From assembly GCA_031418775.1 (NCBI GenBank), contig JANOJN010000079.1, positions 2,320-66,319 on the forward strand: a stretch of DNA of 64,000 nt. The letters run 5' to 3'. Under the pieces are notes generated by a model. That model was not told the origin of the DNA. It saw only the letters and a program-made list of their open reading frames with translations, and did no database searches. Origin of the DNA: Acidimicrobiia bacterium. Lineage in GTDB: Bacteria > Actinomycetota > Acidimicrobiia > Acidimicrobiales > JANYDT01. Of the stretch, positions 50,030 through 60,387 are shown piece after piece. Both the position numbers and the translations under genes were made by a program. Within the stretch, counting starts at the first letter, position 1. Every line of letters begins with the position of its first letter.

Positions 50030-51493
50030 ATGGCACTGCTCTCGGTTCCGGCCCTGCTCGCGTCCGCATCTGAGCGCGATCCCGATGCTCCGGCGTTGAC
50101 CTGCGGGGAGAACTCCCTGACCCGCCAACAACTACGCGAGCGAACCAATCGCCTCGCGAGGGCATTTGCCGAACTCGGCGTTCGAGAGGGTTCGCTGGTC
50201 ACGATCGCGCTGCCGAACTCGATCGGATTTCTCGAAGCTGCGGTCGCCGCGTGGAAGCTCGGAGCGGTCCCCCAGCCGGTGTCGCACCGCCTTCCCGATC
50301 GCGAACGCCAGGCGATCGTCGAACTGGCCGACAGCGCCCTGGTGCTCGGGGCGAATCCCGCAGCGCACCCCAACCGGACCGTCATCCCGATCGGATGGGA
50401 ACCCGAGTCCGCGCTTTCCACCGACGATCTACCCGACGCAATCTCGCCAACCTGGAAGGCACCGACCAGCGGGGGGTCGACCGGGCGGCCCAAGCTGATC
50501 CTGTCGGGGGCGCGAGCGGAGTTCGACGACGCCGGGGGAGGTTTCGGCATCACCGTCGACGGCTGCATCTCGGTGCCGGGGCCGCTGTATCACAACGCCC
50601 CGTTTCAGTTCAGCTCACTCGGCCTGTTCTACGGAAACCACGTGGTGATCCTGCCGAAGTTCGACGCGCGATCGGCCGTCGAGACGGTGCACCGCCACCG
50701 ACCGAACGTCATGTTGTTGGTGCCCACCATGATGAGCCGCATGGTCCGACTTCCCACCGAGGATCGTGAACAGTTCGACATGTCATCGCTCACGCATCTG
50801 TGGCACATGGCAGCACCTTGCCCCCAATGGTGCAAACAGGCGTGGATCGACTGGATCGGAGCGGAACAGGTCTACGAGCTCTATGCCGGGACGGAAGCGC
50901 AGGCGGTGACGATCATCCGTGGGGATGAGTGGGTCGGCCATCGCGGTTCCGTCGGTCGGGTCACGATGGGCGAGATGCGCGTGCTCGACCCCGACACCCA
51001 CGAAGAACTCTCGGCCGGGGAGATGGGCGAGGTGTTCATGCGGTCGACGGGCCGTTCCGCCACCTACACCTACGTCGGAGCCGAGGCGAACCGCATCGCC
51101 GATGGTTGGGAGAGCCTCGGCGACATGGGGTGGTTCGACGCCGACGGTTACCTGTATCTGGGGGACCGCAAGGGGGACATGATCCTGTCGGGCGGGGCGA
51201 ACATCTATCCGGCCGAGATCGAAAGCGCGCTGGCCGAACATCCTGCGGTGCTCTCGAGCGCAGTGATCGGTCTGCCCGACGAAGATCTCGGCAAGGTGGT
51301 GCACGCCGTTGTGCAGGTCGATCCCGCCGTCGGTGTCGAGGGTGTCGATGAGGACGAGCTCCGGCGGTTCCTCTCCGAGCGCGTCGTCCGCTACAAGGTC
51401 CCGAGGACGTTCGAGTTCACCATCGATGTCGTGCGTGACGACGCCGGCAAGGTACGTCGCAGCGCTCTCGCCGCCGAACGCACGGCGCCCTAG
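50030..51493 (+). CDS. Acyl-CoA synthetase / AMP-dependent ligase
   Basis: AMP-binding motif TSGGSTGRPK, plus YAGTE and GDMGWFDADGYLYLGDRKGDMI motifs. Confidence 0.85.
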   Translation: MALLSVPALLASASERDPDAPALTCGENSLTRQQLRERTNRLARAFAELGVREGSLVTIALPNSIGFLEAAVAAWKLGAVPQPVSHRLPDRERQAIVELADSALVLGANPAAHPNRTVIPIGWEPESALSTDDLPDAISPTWKAPTSGGSTGRPKLILSGARAEFDDAGGGFGITVDGCISVPGPLYHNAPFQFSSLGLFYGNHVVILPKFDARSAVETVHRHRPNVMLLVPTMMSRMVRLPTEDREQFDMSSLTHLWHMAAPCPQWCKQAWIDWIGAEQVYELYAGTEAQAVTIIRGDEWVGHRGSVGRVTMGEMRVLDPDTHEELSAGEMGEVFMRSTGRSATYTYVGAEANRIADGWESLGDMGWFDADGYLYLGDRKGDMILSGGANIYPAEIESALAEHPAVLSSAVIGLPDEDLGKVVHAVVQVDPAVGVEGVDEDELRRFLSERVVRYKVPRTFEFTIDVVRDDAGKVRRSALAAERTAP

Positions 51494-51524
51494 CCAGCGG
51501 TGTCTGACTCCTGGGTCAACTGGT

Positions 51525-51574
51525 GTCGTTGGGTCGGCTGATGTTCACCCACGCGCATTTCCCGACCCAACGAC
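51525..51574. terminator. Bidirectional terminator-like hairpin between convergent genes
   Basis: Perfect 13-bp stem gtcgttgggtcgg / ccgacccaacgac with a 24-nt loop, flanked by a further complementary pair ctgggtc (51511-51517) / gacccag (51582-51588). Confidence 0.5.
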
Positions 51575-51597
51575 GTGAGCCGACCCAGAACTGGCGG

Positions 51598-53946
51598 CTA
51601 CGCCGGCTTGCAGTCGTAGAGCGTGAACGAGGCGCTGGTCGGTCCGCCGGCGAACGAGGTTTCGCCGGCGGCACCGCTGCCCGATTGCCAGGCGCTGACG
51701 GGGACCTCGGCGCACTCCGTCGAGACAAACGACGACGCCGAGCCACCGGAGCGGCCGCTGCCGAACCCGCCACGACCTAATCCGCCCGCGCTGACGAGAA
51801 GGTAGCGGATCTGTCCGGCGGCGATCTTGGCTCGCAGTTGATCCTCGGTGAGGATCGGGTCGGATCCGATGAAGCCACCCATCGTCATCACCGGCTCGCC
51901 GCTCGAGATGATGATCGACTCGGCCTGTCCGGCGCTCTGCACGGCAACCAGCCACTTCTCCGTCGTGCGCTGCGAGCGGAGGTACTCGACGAGGCGCTTC
52001 TGGTCACCGGTCGGGAAGGTGAACCCGCCATTGGGCTGCAGTCCCGATCGCCCGCCGCTCAGCCCGGTCGCCTGCGCATACGGAAGCTGCGGCGTGATCC
52101 CGTTGGCGAGTGACGACTGCGTCCACAGGAGCGGGGAGAGGGCGATGAGCCCGACCGCGGCGATTCCGGCTCCGGTCGCGGTCCCCGTCCGACGCACGGT
52201 GCCCGCGATCATGGCGACGACGCCGGCCACCGCACCGAGCACGGCGAGCCATGCCAATGCCGGCCGCCAGTCGAGCGAATCGGGACGACGGAGCACCGTC
52301 CACTGCGTCACGGCGGTCGCGACAAGACCGAGCGCAGGAATCGCCAGCCACGGCCACCGTCGTTCTCTCACCACCGCGATCAACTCGGCCATCCCGACAC
52401 CGGCGAGCGCGGCAGCGGGTGGCGCCACGCTTGACAGGTAATACGGGTGGACGATTCCCTTCGTGATGCTGAACGCGCCGCCGGCGATCAGCAGCCAGCC
52501 CCCGAAGATCACCGTCACGGCCAACGATGGCGACGGACGTAACCGGCGACGGGCGAGCACGAGCAGCCCGCCGGCCAGCGAGAGCGGAAGGAACCAGGCG
52601 ATCTGTGATCCGAGCTCGGTGTTGGCGAGACGAAGCGGTCCCGGCTCACCGCCGGAGAAGCCGAGCCGGGGTATCCCGAAGCCGCCGCCCCGGCCGCCCC
52701 CGGGCCCGCCGCCGAATCCACCCGCGCCGGGTCCTCCGGCTGCGGGTCCTCCTGCTGCGGGTCCTCCTGCCGCGGAACCGCCGTCGCCGGCGCGTCCGGG
52801 CACTGGCACCCCGTTGGCCGCTCCGGGCACTCCGGGAAGAAGGCCACCGATTCCTGTCGACGCTGACCCGTTGGCCGCGGTCGGCAGGTTCACTCCCGGA
52901 AGAAGGCCGCCGAGAGCACCGCTTCCACCGTCGGCGGCACCACCCCCCGCTCCCGGTTGGAATCCCGGCACGCCGCCACGGGGAAAGCCCCCGGGAACGC
53001 CTCGGCCCCCCGGTCCGCCACCACCGCCGAACCCACCCTGCGTGCCCTCCACCTGGTTGGCGCCATTGCGCTCGAAGGCGAGTTGGAACGCCGAGTTCGT
53101 TGCGCTCGATCCCACGTAGGGCCGCGATGATTTCGGCGTCAGATCGACGTAGGCGAACCAGGCCAGCCCGACCGCGGCCATCAGGGCGACACTCATCGCC
53201 GCGCCCGCGGCGCGCCGACGCCAACCCAGGGGAGCGCACCACGCGAAGGCCAACGCGATCCCGGGCATCACCGGCACGCCAGCGAGCATCTTCGCGGTCA
53301 TCGCCAGCCCGGCGACAACGCTGGCGACCGCCAACCAGCGGAGCCGGCCACTCGTGACGGCGCGCACCGCGAGGTATGCGGCGCCCGACATCACGCAGAC
53401 CAGCACGGCATCGAGGTTGTTGGAGTGGCTGACCACGACGTGGATCGGCGTCACGGCGAGGAACAACGCGGCGACCAGGCCCGCCGTGCGCGACGACACC
53501 AGCGTCACGCCGCGGTACACGAACCACACCGACAGCACTCCGGCGACCGCTTGCGGGACCAGCAGCGACATCTGGTTGAAGCCGAAGACCTTCGCCGAGA
53601 TCGTCTGCACCCATAGCGACAGCGGCGGCTTGTCCACGGACACGAAGCCACCCGGCTCGAAGCTGGCGAACACGAAGTTGTGCCAGCTCTGCATCATCGA
53701 GCGGACAGCGGCCGAGTAATACGCGTTTCCCCACCCCACGTTGGCGAGAGCCCAACCGTTTAGTAATCCCGACAGGCTGAGCATCGCCAGGATCGGGAGG
53801 TGCGGAGCGATCCGTCGGCGAAGCGCCGCGAACGATGCGGGCACCGTCGAGGCCGGGGTGCTGGCCGCAGGCAGATCGGATCCGAGGGAGGTCACATCAA
53901 CCATTGGGGTGAGTGTCCCGGACCAAGGTGAGGAGCGGGTGAGCAT
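51598..53946 (-). CDS. GT39 (ArnT/PMT-like) membrane glycosyltransferase with a ~130-aa Gly/Pro-rich insertion
   Basis: N-terminal region typical of the family (GWGNAYYSAAVRSMMQSWHNFVFASFEPGGFVSVDKPPLSLWVQ). Many TM helices. Low-complexity block GGFGGGGGPGGRG...GGPAAGGPAAGGPGAGGFGGGPGGGRGGGFG. Confidence 0.8.
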   Translation of the reverse strand: MLTRSSPWSGTLTPMVDVTSLGSDLPAASTPASTVPASFAALRRRIAPHLPILAMLSLSGLLNGWALANVGWGNAYYSAAVRSMMQSWHNFVFASFEPGGFVSVDKPPLSLWVQTISAKVFGFNQMSLLVPQAVAGVLSVWFVYRGVTLVSSRTAGLVAALFLAVTPIHVVVSHSNNLDAVLVCVMSGAAYLAVRAVTSGRLRWLAVASVVAGLAMTAKMLAGVPVMPGIALAFAWCAPLGWRRRAAGAAMSVALMAAVGLAWFAYVDLTPKSSRPYVGSSATNSAFQLAFERNGANQVEGTQGGFGGGGGPGGRGVPGGFPRGGVPGFQPGAGGGAADGGSGALGGLLPGVNLPTAANGSASTGIGGLLPGVPGAANGVPVPGRAGDGGSAAGGPAAGGPAAGGPGAGGFGGGPGGGRGGGFGIPRLGFSGGEPGPLRLANTELGSQIAWFLPLSLAGGLLVLARRRLRPSPSLAVTVIFGGWLLIAGGAFSITKGIVHPYYLSSVAPPAAALAGVGMAELIAVVRERRWPWLAIPALGLVATAVTQWTVLRRPDSLDWRPALAWLAVLGAVAGVVAMIAGTVRRTGTATGAGIAAVGLIALSPLLWTQSSLANGITPQLPYAQATGLSGGRSGLQPNGGFTFPTGDQKRLVEYLRSQRTTEKWLVAVQSAGQAESIIISSGEPVMTMGGFIGSDPILTEDQLRAKIAAGQIRYLLVSAGGLGRGGFGSGRSGGSASSFVSTECAEVPVSAWQSGSGAAGETSFAGGPTSASFTLYDCKPA

Positions 53947-53973
53947 CGAGAAGGCCGGGCGCTTGCCACGGTC

Positions 53974-54540
53974 TCACGCGTCGAGTTCGTCCTCGCGCCA
54001 TGTCCCTAGCGCCAATCCATCGAGCGTGAGTCCGGCCATGGCGACACGGACCAGGCGAAGCGTGGGGTGGCCGACCGCGGCGGTCATTCGGCGGACCTGG
54101 CGGTTGCGGCCCTCGGTGAGCGTGAGCTCGATCCACGACGTAGGCACCGACAGGCGATGGCGCACCGGCGGCACCCGCGGCCACAACCATTCCGGCTCGT
54201 CGACCGGGACGGCCGACGCCGGACGGCAGGCGACCCCGTCGAGCGAGAGCGAGCCGTCGGCGAGCGCGGCGAGTGTCAGCCCGTCGGGCTCCCCTTCGAC
54301 CTGGGCGAGATAGGTGCGCTCGTGGCCGTGGCGGGGATCGGTGAGTCGGTGCTGCAGACGTCCGTCGGAAGTGAGGACGACGAGGCCCTCGGAGTCCCGG
54401 TCGAGGAGCCCGGCCGGATAGAGGCCCGGTTCGTGGACGAACTCGGCCAGCGTGCGGGTGCCGGGTGCGGCGTTCGCCGGGAGCGTGAAGCGGGTGACGA
54501 CGTCGAAGGGCTTGTTGAGCACGACAACACGGACCACCAT
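53974..54540 (-). CDS. Pseudouridine synthase (RsuA/RluE family)
   Basis: Starts MVVRVVVLNKPF. Catalytic Asp motif AGLLDRDSEGLVVLTSDG. C-terminal EGRNRQVRRM motif. Confidence 0.8.
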   Translation of the reverse strand: MVVRVVVLNKPFDVVTRFTLPANAAPGTRTLAEFVHEPGLYPAGLLDRDSEGLVVLTSDGRLQHRLTDPRHGHERTYLAQVEGEPDGLTLAALADGSLSLDGVACRPASAVPVDEPEWLWPRVPPVRHRLSVPTSWIELTLTEGRNRQVRRMTAAVGHPTLRLVRVAMAGLTLDGLALGTWREDELDA

Positions 54541-54664
54541 CCCAGTTGAGCAGACCGACGCCGGAGCGCCCGCTCGTCGCCGCCCAATTCGCTCTAATCG
54601 GAAGGCCGTTCGTAGCCTGGTCTCCGACCGACCGGTCAGAGACCTGTGCCTCCGGAGGCCCACC

Positions 54665-55867
54665 ATGAGTTCCAGCACCGACACGATCGCCGAATCGGAC
54701 ATCCAGCTCGTCACCAAACTGTGCGCCGAGCTCCTCGCCGAGTTCCCGCCGGCAACGACCCCGGCGGTCACGTTTCTCGGCGCCCAGTTCGACAAAGGCC
54801 TCGCGTGGGTGCAGTTCGCCCCGGGCTTCGGCGGCCTCGCCATGGCCCCGAAGGTGCAGAGCACCGTCGACGGCCGTCTGCGCGAAGCCGGTGCACCCGT
54901 CGCCTACTACCGCAACCCGATCGGCTACGGCATGGGCGCGCCGACGGTCTACACCTGGGGGTCCGAGGACCAGAAAGCGCGCTACCTGCGTCCGCTGTTC
55001 ACCGGTGAGGAGGTGTGGTGTCAGCTCTTCTCCGAGCCCGGCGCCGGGACCGATGTGGCCGGACTCGCCACCCGCGCCGTGAAGGACGGCGAGGAGTGGA
55101 TCGTCAACGGCCAGAAGGTCTGGACGACACTCGCTCACCTCGCCCGCTGGGGGATGCTCGTGGCCCGTTCCGACGCCAACGCCGAGAAGCACAAGGGCCT
55201 CACGTACTTCGTCGTCGACATGCACGCGCTGGGTGTGGAGGTTCGGCCGCTGCGCCAGATGACCGGAGATGCCGAGTTCAACGAGGTGTACTTCACCGAC
55301 GCCCGCATCCCCGATGCCGAACGTCTCGGTGAAGTCGGCGACGGATGGCGCGTGTCGATCACCACACTCATGAACGAGCGTGTCTCGATCGGCGGGTCGA
55401 TCGCCCCGCGAGGGAGCGGTCCGATCGGTCTCGCTGTAAAGGCGTTCCGCGAGTACGGCCACACCAATGCGGCGACGCGGGACGAGCTCATGAAGCTGTG
55501 GATCCGGGCCGAGGCGGCACGTCTCACCAACATCCGCGCCGCCGGCAACCGCAAGGCCGGTACGCCGGGTCCCGAGGGTTCCACGGGCAAACTCGCGTCT
55601 GCCGAGCTGAACAAGGACATCTACGACTTCTGCATGTCGCTGATGGGCGCCGACGCCATGCTCTACGGCGACTACACGATGCACCGACCGGAGACGGCGA
55701 TGGCCGGCTCCACGATGCAGCAGCAGTTCCTCCGCAGTCGGGCGAACTCGATCGAGGGCGGCACGTCCGAAGTCATGCGCAACATCCTCGGAGAGCGCGT
55801 CCTCGGACTCCCCGGCGACGTACGCGTCGACAAGGGCAAGAGCTGGCTCGAGGTACCCCGCAACTGA
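54665..55867 (+). CDS. Acyl-CoA dehydrogenase
   Basis: 400 aa. WCQLFSEPGAGTDVAGL, WIVNGQKVWTT and C-terminal IEGGTSEVMRNILGERVLGLP motifs. Confidence 0.9.
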   Translation: MSSSTDTIAESDIQLVTKLCAELLAEFPPATTPAVTFLGAQFDKGLAWVQFAPGFGGLAMAPKVQSTVDGRLREAGAPVAYYRNPIGYGMGAPTVYTWGSEDQKARYLRPLFTGEEVWCQLFSEPGAGTDVAGLATRAVKDGEEWIVNGQKVWTTLAHLARWGMLVARSDANAEKHKGLTYFVVDMHALGVEVRPLRQMTGDAEFNEVYFTDARIPDAERLGEVGDGWRVSITTLMNERVSIGGSIAPRGSGPIGLAVKAFREYGHTNAATRDELMKLWIRAEAARLTNIRAAGNRKAGTPGPEGSTGKLASAELNKDIYDFCMSLMGADAMLYGDYTMHRPETAMAGSTMQQQFLRSRANSIEGGTSEVMRNILGERVLGLPGDVRVDKGKSWLEVPRN

Positions 55868-55877
55868 CTGCGCCCAG

Positions 55878-55909
55878 CGTCGGCGCGGCGGGTGTTCGCC
55901 GCGCCGACG
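55878..55909. terminator. Bidirectional terminator-like hairpin between convergent genes
   Basis: Perfect 13-bp GC-rich stem cgtcggcgcggcg / cgccgcgccgacg with a 6-nt loop. Confidence 0.55.
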
Positions 55910-55912
55910 GGG

Positions 55913-56491
55913 TCAGCAGGGAATGAGGGACCCGTCGGCGCAGATCGCCAGGCCGGACGCGTCGCTGATGCGAAGGAGCGGCTCCGCCGATGTCGGTCCG
56001 AGGGTGAGGACGTGGCGGGCCAGCACGGTCGACATCGCCGCTCGCCCGCACGACACCGTCGCGGCGACGAGGGAATCGGGGCGCTTCGGCGCGGCGATGG
56101 CGGTGGCCATGGCGACGATGTGGGCGCCGCGGGCGACGACCATGACTGACGGGAGCACGGCGCAGTTGTCCTGGGGATCGACGAGCACGATCCCACCGGC
56201 GTCGGAGGAGCATGGATCGATGCGTCGCCCGATCGACACGACGAGGAACGGGATCTCGTCGCTCGCCACGCCGGGGAGCAGATCGTCCAGGACTCTCCCG
56301 GCGATCAGCAGTGCGTCATCGTGGAGGACGAGCATCCGCGGCAGCGTATGGGCGAGCCGGGCGAGGGTGTAGCGGGCCAGCCTCGATGCGCTGGGACCTT
56401 CGACGAGGACGTCAACCGGCACCGATCCGGCGGCGCCGGAGCAGAGGTGCCGGACATCGGTGGCGTAGCTGGCGAGGCTGATGATCGTCAT
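55913..56491 (-). CDS. Hypothetical protein
   Basis: ORF 55913-56614, with a plausible start at MTIISLASY (ATG 56491). No family recognised. Confidence 0.4.
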   Translation of the reverse strand: MTIISLASYATDVRHLCSGAAGSVPVDVLVEGPSASRLARYTLARLAHTLPRMLVLHDDALLIAGRVLDDLLPGVASDEIPFLVVSIGRRIDPCSSDAGGIVLVDPQDNCAVLPSVMVVARGAHIVAMATAIAAPKRPDSLVAATVSCGRAAMSTVLARHVLTLGPTSAEPLLRISDASGLAICADGSLIPC

Positions 56492-56649
56492 GACCCCATA
56501 ATGATCGGTCGACCACGCAGAGTGGTGGATCATCGCAAGTGATGAAAACTCCCGAACCGCCGGTCGGCGGTGAACTGGGGTTCGATGACGAATGCGCGAC
56601 TGTTGTCGGTGCAACTACGTAGAGCGCACCGGCCGGAGCCGCCCGGCCT

Positions 56650-57366
56650 CTAGGCCGTCTCGACGACCTGGAACGCCTCCGCCGTCGAGCCGGGGGGAAG
56701 CCCCCCGGACAGGGCGATGGCTTCGTTCCACATCCTGATGCGGGCCTGCATACCGTCGGGATCGGGGAGCTGGCTGGCATGGCAGAGCAGAGCAGCGATC
56801 TTGCGGTCGAACTGGGCGGTCGTGTCGACCCACTTGTTCGGCGTAGGGCCACCCATCAGCCAGATCTGCCACGCGGAGTGCGGCTCGAAGCCTTCCTCCA
56901 TGAGTTCGACGAAGGTGAAGGGATTGCGGGCGTCGGGATACACCGCTCCCATCGTCGCCTCCGCGGTGGCGAGATGGTCCGGGTGCGATCCGTAGATGCG
57001 GTTGAAGTCCCGAACCGGTGACTGGCACATGACGACGTCGGGCTTGAACCGCCGGATCTCCCGGGAGATGTCCTTGCGCAGGGCCAGGGACGGCTCGACC
57101 GCCCCATCGGGATAGCCCAAGAAGCGGAGCTCGCTCACGCCGACCTCTTTCGCCGCCGCAGTCTGCTCCTCCCTCCGGATGCGAGGGATCTCCGACCGAG
57201 GCACAGCCGGATCGAAGCCTCCGGCATCGCCGTCGGTCACGATGCAGTACCCGACCTCGACGCCGGCGTCGGTGAGCGTGGCAATGGTTCCGGCGGCGCC
57301 GAAGTCGACGTCGTCGGGATGGGCGGTGACGACGAGGAGACGATGGATCGGACGGTCGTTGCTCAT
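56650..57366 (-). CDS. PIG-L/LmbE-family N-acetylglucosaminyl deacetylase
   Basis: LLVVTAHPDDVDFGAAG zinc-binding motif, with HPDH further on. ATG at 57366. Confidence 0.85.
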   Translation of the reverse strand: MSNDRPIHRLLVVTAHPDDVDFGAAGTIATLTDAGVEVGYCIVTDGDAGGFDPAVPRSEIPRIRREEQTAAAKEVGVSELRFLGYPDGAVEPSLALRKDISREIRRFKPDVVMCQSPVRDFNRIYGSHPDHLATAEATMGAVYPDARNPFTFVELMEEGFEPHSAWQIWLMGGPTPNKWVDTTAQFDRKIAALLCHASQLPDPDGMQARIRMWNEAIALSGGLPPGSTAEAFQVVETA

Positions 57367-57493
57367 GGCACTCCAGCCAACCACGAGTCGTGCGGCTTCG
57401 CCGAGCACACGTGGGCCAGCACGCTCGCTTGGGCCAGCTTCCGGGCCGAATATCGAAGCGAGCTGACCCGAGCGAGCCAGCCGGCCCAGTGAC

Positions 57494-58795
57494 TTATGGC
57501 GGAGTCGCCGTAGTCGCCGCCGTCGCCCCAGTCGCCGGAGTGGTCTCGATGTCTTCGAAGCGATCGACGTCGCGTAGCGCGGTGAACCTCAGGGCGAAGA
57601 ACACCACCACGACGAGGGTGAGCATGCCGCCACTCACGACGGCAGCGACGGTGCCGAAGAGCGCTGCGGCCATACCGCTCTCGAACGCGCCGAGCTCGTT
57701 CGACGCCCCGATGAAGACGTTCTCGGTGGCGAGCACTCGACCGCGCTGTTCGGGAGGCGTCACCAGCGGAACGAGCGTGGTTCGGACGAACACGCTGACC
57801 GAGTCACCCGCGTTCAGGACCATGAACGCGATGAGCGCAATCCACACGTTGCGCGTCACCCCGAGCACCACCGTGGCTGCACCGAACACTGCGACGGAGA
57901 CAAGCAGCACCTGACCGACATGTCGCCGAACCGGCCACACGGCCAGGAGCAGGGTGACGACGGCCGCCCCGGCACCACCGGCGGCGCGCAGATAGCCGAC
58001 CCACACATCATCGACCTTCAAGATCTTCTCGACGATGGCGGGGAGGAGCGCTACGGCCCCGCCGAAGAGCACGGCGAAGAGGTCGAGAGAGATCGCGCCG
58101 AGCAGAACCGGTGTCCGGCGGATGAACCGGAACCCGTCGAGGGCCGCGGTCAGCGTCGGACGCTCCTGCTTCGTACCCTCGGGATGGAGAAGATGGGCGC
58201 GCCCGATCGAGCGGGGAATGAACGAGACAAGCACGACCGACCCGGTGAAACAAACAGCGGCTATCTCGTACGGAAGCGAACGGCTCGCCCGATTCGCAAG
58301 CGCGCCTACTACCGGTCCGATGATCGCGCTGCCCTGCCAGGCCAGCGACAAGGTGGCGACGACACGGGCGAGCTGGCCGGGAGGCGCGGCCGCAGGAATC
58401 AGGGCTCGCATGGCCGGGGCGCCAAAGCTCCGCGTGGTGCCGTAGAGCGCGGCAAACACGAAGAACGGCATCACGCTCGTCGGACGATCCCGTACGAAAA
58501 CTGCGAGACCGAGGAACACCAGGATCTCGAACGAGTAGAAGACGGCGACGACTCTCCGGCGATCGAAGCGGTCGGCAACAACACCCGTGATCAGTACGAA
58601 GGCGACGCTCGGAAGGAACTCGGCGAGACCGAGCAGTCCCAAGTGGAATTCGCGCTTTTCGACCTTGAAGACCTGGATGCCCAATGCGGTGACTGCGGCC
58701 ATGCCGCCGAACGACGCGAGTGCCATCGCGATGACGCCGAGAATGGCCGGACGCCACGAATGCTCGTGGACAGGTTCGGGAGTGGTCGCGGTCAT
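57494..58795 (-). CDS. MFS transporter
   Basis: 433 aa with ~12 hydrophobic helices. An MFS loop motif-like sequence (GVVADRFDRRRV) lies between TM2 and TM3. Confidence 0.85.
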   Translation of the reverse strand: MTATTPEPVHEHSWRPAILGVIAMALASFGGMAAVTALGIQVFKVEKREFHLGLLGLAEFLPSVAFVLITGVVADRFDRRRVVAVFYSFEILVFLGLAVFVRDRPTSVMPFFVFAALYGTTRSFGAPAMRALIPAAAPPGQLARVVATLSLAWQGSAIIGPVVGALANRASRSLPYEIAAVCFTGSVVLVSFIPRSIGRAHLLHPEGTKQERPTLTAALDGFRFIRRTPVLLGAISLDLFAVLFGGAVALLPAIVEKILKVDDVWVGYLRAAGGAGAAVVTLLLAVWPVRRHVGQVLLVSVAVFGAATVVLGVTRNVWIALIAFMVLNAGDSVSVFVRTTLVPLVTPPEQRGRVLATENVFIGASNELGAFESGMAAALFGTVAAVVSGGMLTLVVVVFFALRFTALRDVDRFEDIETTPATGATAATTATPP

Positions 58796-58844
58796 CGGTA
58801 CTTTCGACGCGGAGAGGGACCGTTGACCGTAGCCCGCAGCGGGT

Positions 58845-59753
58845 TTACCACTTGGGCTGAATCGTCAGTCGGGGTCCGTACTTGGGCGGACTGATCCCAG
58901 CTGCTGCGATAAGTCGGAGGACCCGACCGCGGTGTGGCCGGAACGGCTCGAGCAGCTCCACCATCCGCTCATCGGTGCCGCGGGGCTCCCCGGCGAGCGC
59001 CCAACTCGCGGCGTTCTTGAGGTGGTAGTCGCCGACGGACACCGCATCGCCGTCCCCGAGGGCGGTCTGCGACACCTCCGAGACGGTCCACTCACCGATT
59101 CCCGGGAGAGCCCGCAAACGCCCACGGCCTTCGGCCAACGGCATCTCGGCGGCCTCCTGAAGACGATGGGCGTACGCCGCGGCGCGTCGAATCGTGTCGG
59201 AGCGCTTTCGTTCGACACCGCACGCGTGGAACACGTGGCTCGGTGTCCCGGCGACCACCTCCGGATCGAGCGGAAGGACGAGGCGATGCTGGGCGAACGG
59301 TCCGGGTGCGGGTTCGGAGAGACGCGACAGCAGCGCTCCGAACGACACCCGTGATTCGAGACCGGTGACCTTCTGTTCGAGGATCACCGGCACCAGCATC
59401 TCGAACACGGCCTGGGTACAGGGCACCCGCATGGCCGGGAAGCGACGGTGCCAATCGTTCACCTGCGCATTGACGCTGGGGAAGGTGCTGTGGTCGTCGC
59501 CGCCGCCGATCAGGACAGGTGCACGTTCACAGAGCCATTCCGCCCCCGGCCCCCACGCCTGCACCTCGACCCGCCCGGCGAGCATGCGCAGCAACTGCGT
59601 GCCCGGCCCCAACGGCGTCCGCGTGGCCCGGAGCACCTCAGCGCGTAGGACCCGCATCGTGCGGTCTCGTCGCCCCCGCCACAGCACGCCGAGGGTTTGG
59701 CGCAGGTCGGTGGGGTGGACCGGCGTGAACGTTCTCGTGCAGGCCGGCAGCAA
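58845..59753 (-). CDS. DNA-3-methyladenine glycosylase II-like (HhH-GPD superfamily)
   Basis: Helix-hairpin-helix LRALPGIGEWTVSEV followed by Gly/Asp-rich GDGDAVSVGDYHL. TTG start in the track, so the true start is uncertain. Confidence 0.7.
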   Translation of the reverse strand: MLPACTRTFTPVHPTDLRQTLGVLWRGRRDRTMRVLRAEVLRATRTPLGPGTQLLRMLAGRVEVQAWGPGAEWLCERAPVLIGGGDDHSTFPSVNAQVNDWHRRFPAMRVPCTQAVFEMLVPVILEQKVTGLESRVSFGALLSRLSEPAPGPFAQHRLVLPLDPEVVAGTPSHVFHACGVERKRSDTIRRAAAYAHRLQEAAEMPLAEGRGRLRALPGIGEWTVSEVSQTALGDGDAVSVGDYHLKNAASWALAGEPRGTDERMVELLEPFRPHRGRVLRLIAAAGISPPKYGPRLTIQPKW

Positions 59754-59769
59754 CGGTGGCTACTAGACC

Positions 59770-60387
59770 TCAGAGGAACCGGTTGGAAGGCAGCAGGTCG
59801 CGACCGTGGAGGTGGGTCAGCTCGTTCATGGAACGCAACGTGCGATGGCCTCTCGACGAGGCCATCACACGGTGGATCGACGTGTACTCCGGGTGGAAGA
59901 AGCCGCCGGGACGGGGGAGCTCGAGGATGTGGGCCAGGTACGCACCGATCACCCCGCCATGGCACACCACGGCGACGCGCTCGCCGGGATGGGCGTCGAT
60001 GATTCGGTTCATCGCCGCGACAACGTTCTTCTGGAACGTGACCGGGTCGCTGGCGCCGACCCACTCGCCGGCCATCATCGCCTGCCACATCGGGTGGTTG
60101 CTGGCCTTGAGCTCCTCCACCGGGATGTAGCTGTTGGAATCGCGGTCCCATTCGGCCAGGTCGTTGTCCACCGAGACATCAAGACCCGTGCGGTCGAGGA
60201 GCGGCTGGGCGGTCTCTCTCGCACGGGCCATCGGCGACGACCAGACGGCGTCGATTCCTTCGGCGGCGAGATACTCCGCGAGCGCATCGGCCTGCCGGTG
60301 TCCGAGCTCGTCGAGCCTCGGATTGGCTGCCCCCTCCTCGACGATCACGCGGAGGGGGAGGGCATGTCGGACGATCAGGAGTTCCAT
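59770..60387 (-). CDS. Histidine phosphatase (phosphoglycerate mutase-like) family protein
   Basis: MELLIVRHALP N-terminal RH motif and a second catalytic His region (VAVVCHGGVI). Confidence 0.8.
   Translation of the reverse strand: MELLIVRHALPLRVIVEEGAANPRLDELGHRQADALAEYLAAEGIDAVWSSPMARARETAQPLLDRTGLDVSVDNDLAEWDRDSNSYIPVEELKASNHPMWQAMMAGEWVGASDPVTFQKNVVAAMNRIIDAHPGERVAVVCHGGVIGAYLAHILELPRPGGFFHPEYTSIHRVMASSRGHRTLRSMNELTHLHGRDLLPSNRFL

Noticed and set aside
53897-55684. 595-aa minus-strand ORF covering the pseudouridine synthase 5' region and the whole acyl-CoA dehydrogenase
   Set aside because: It is antisense or off-frame to two genes with strong motifs, and its product is Arg/Pro/Gly-rich.
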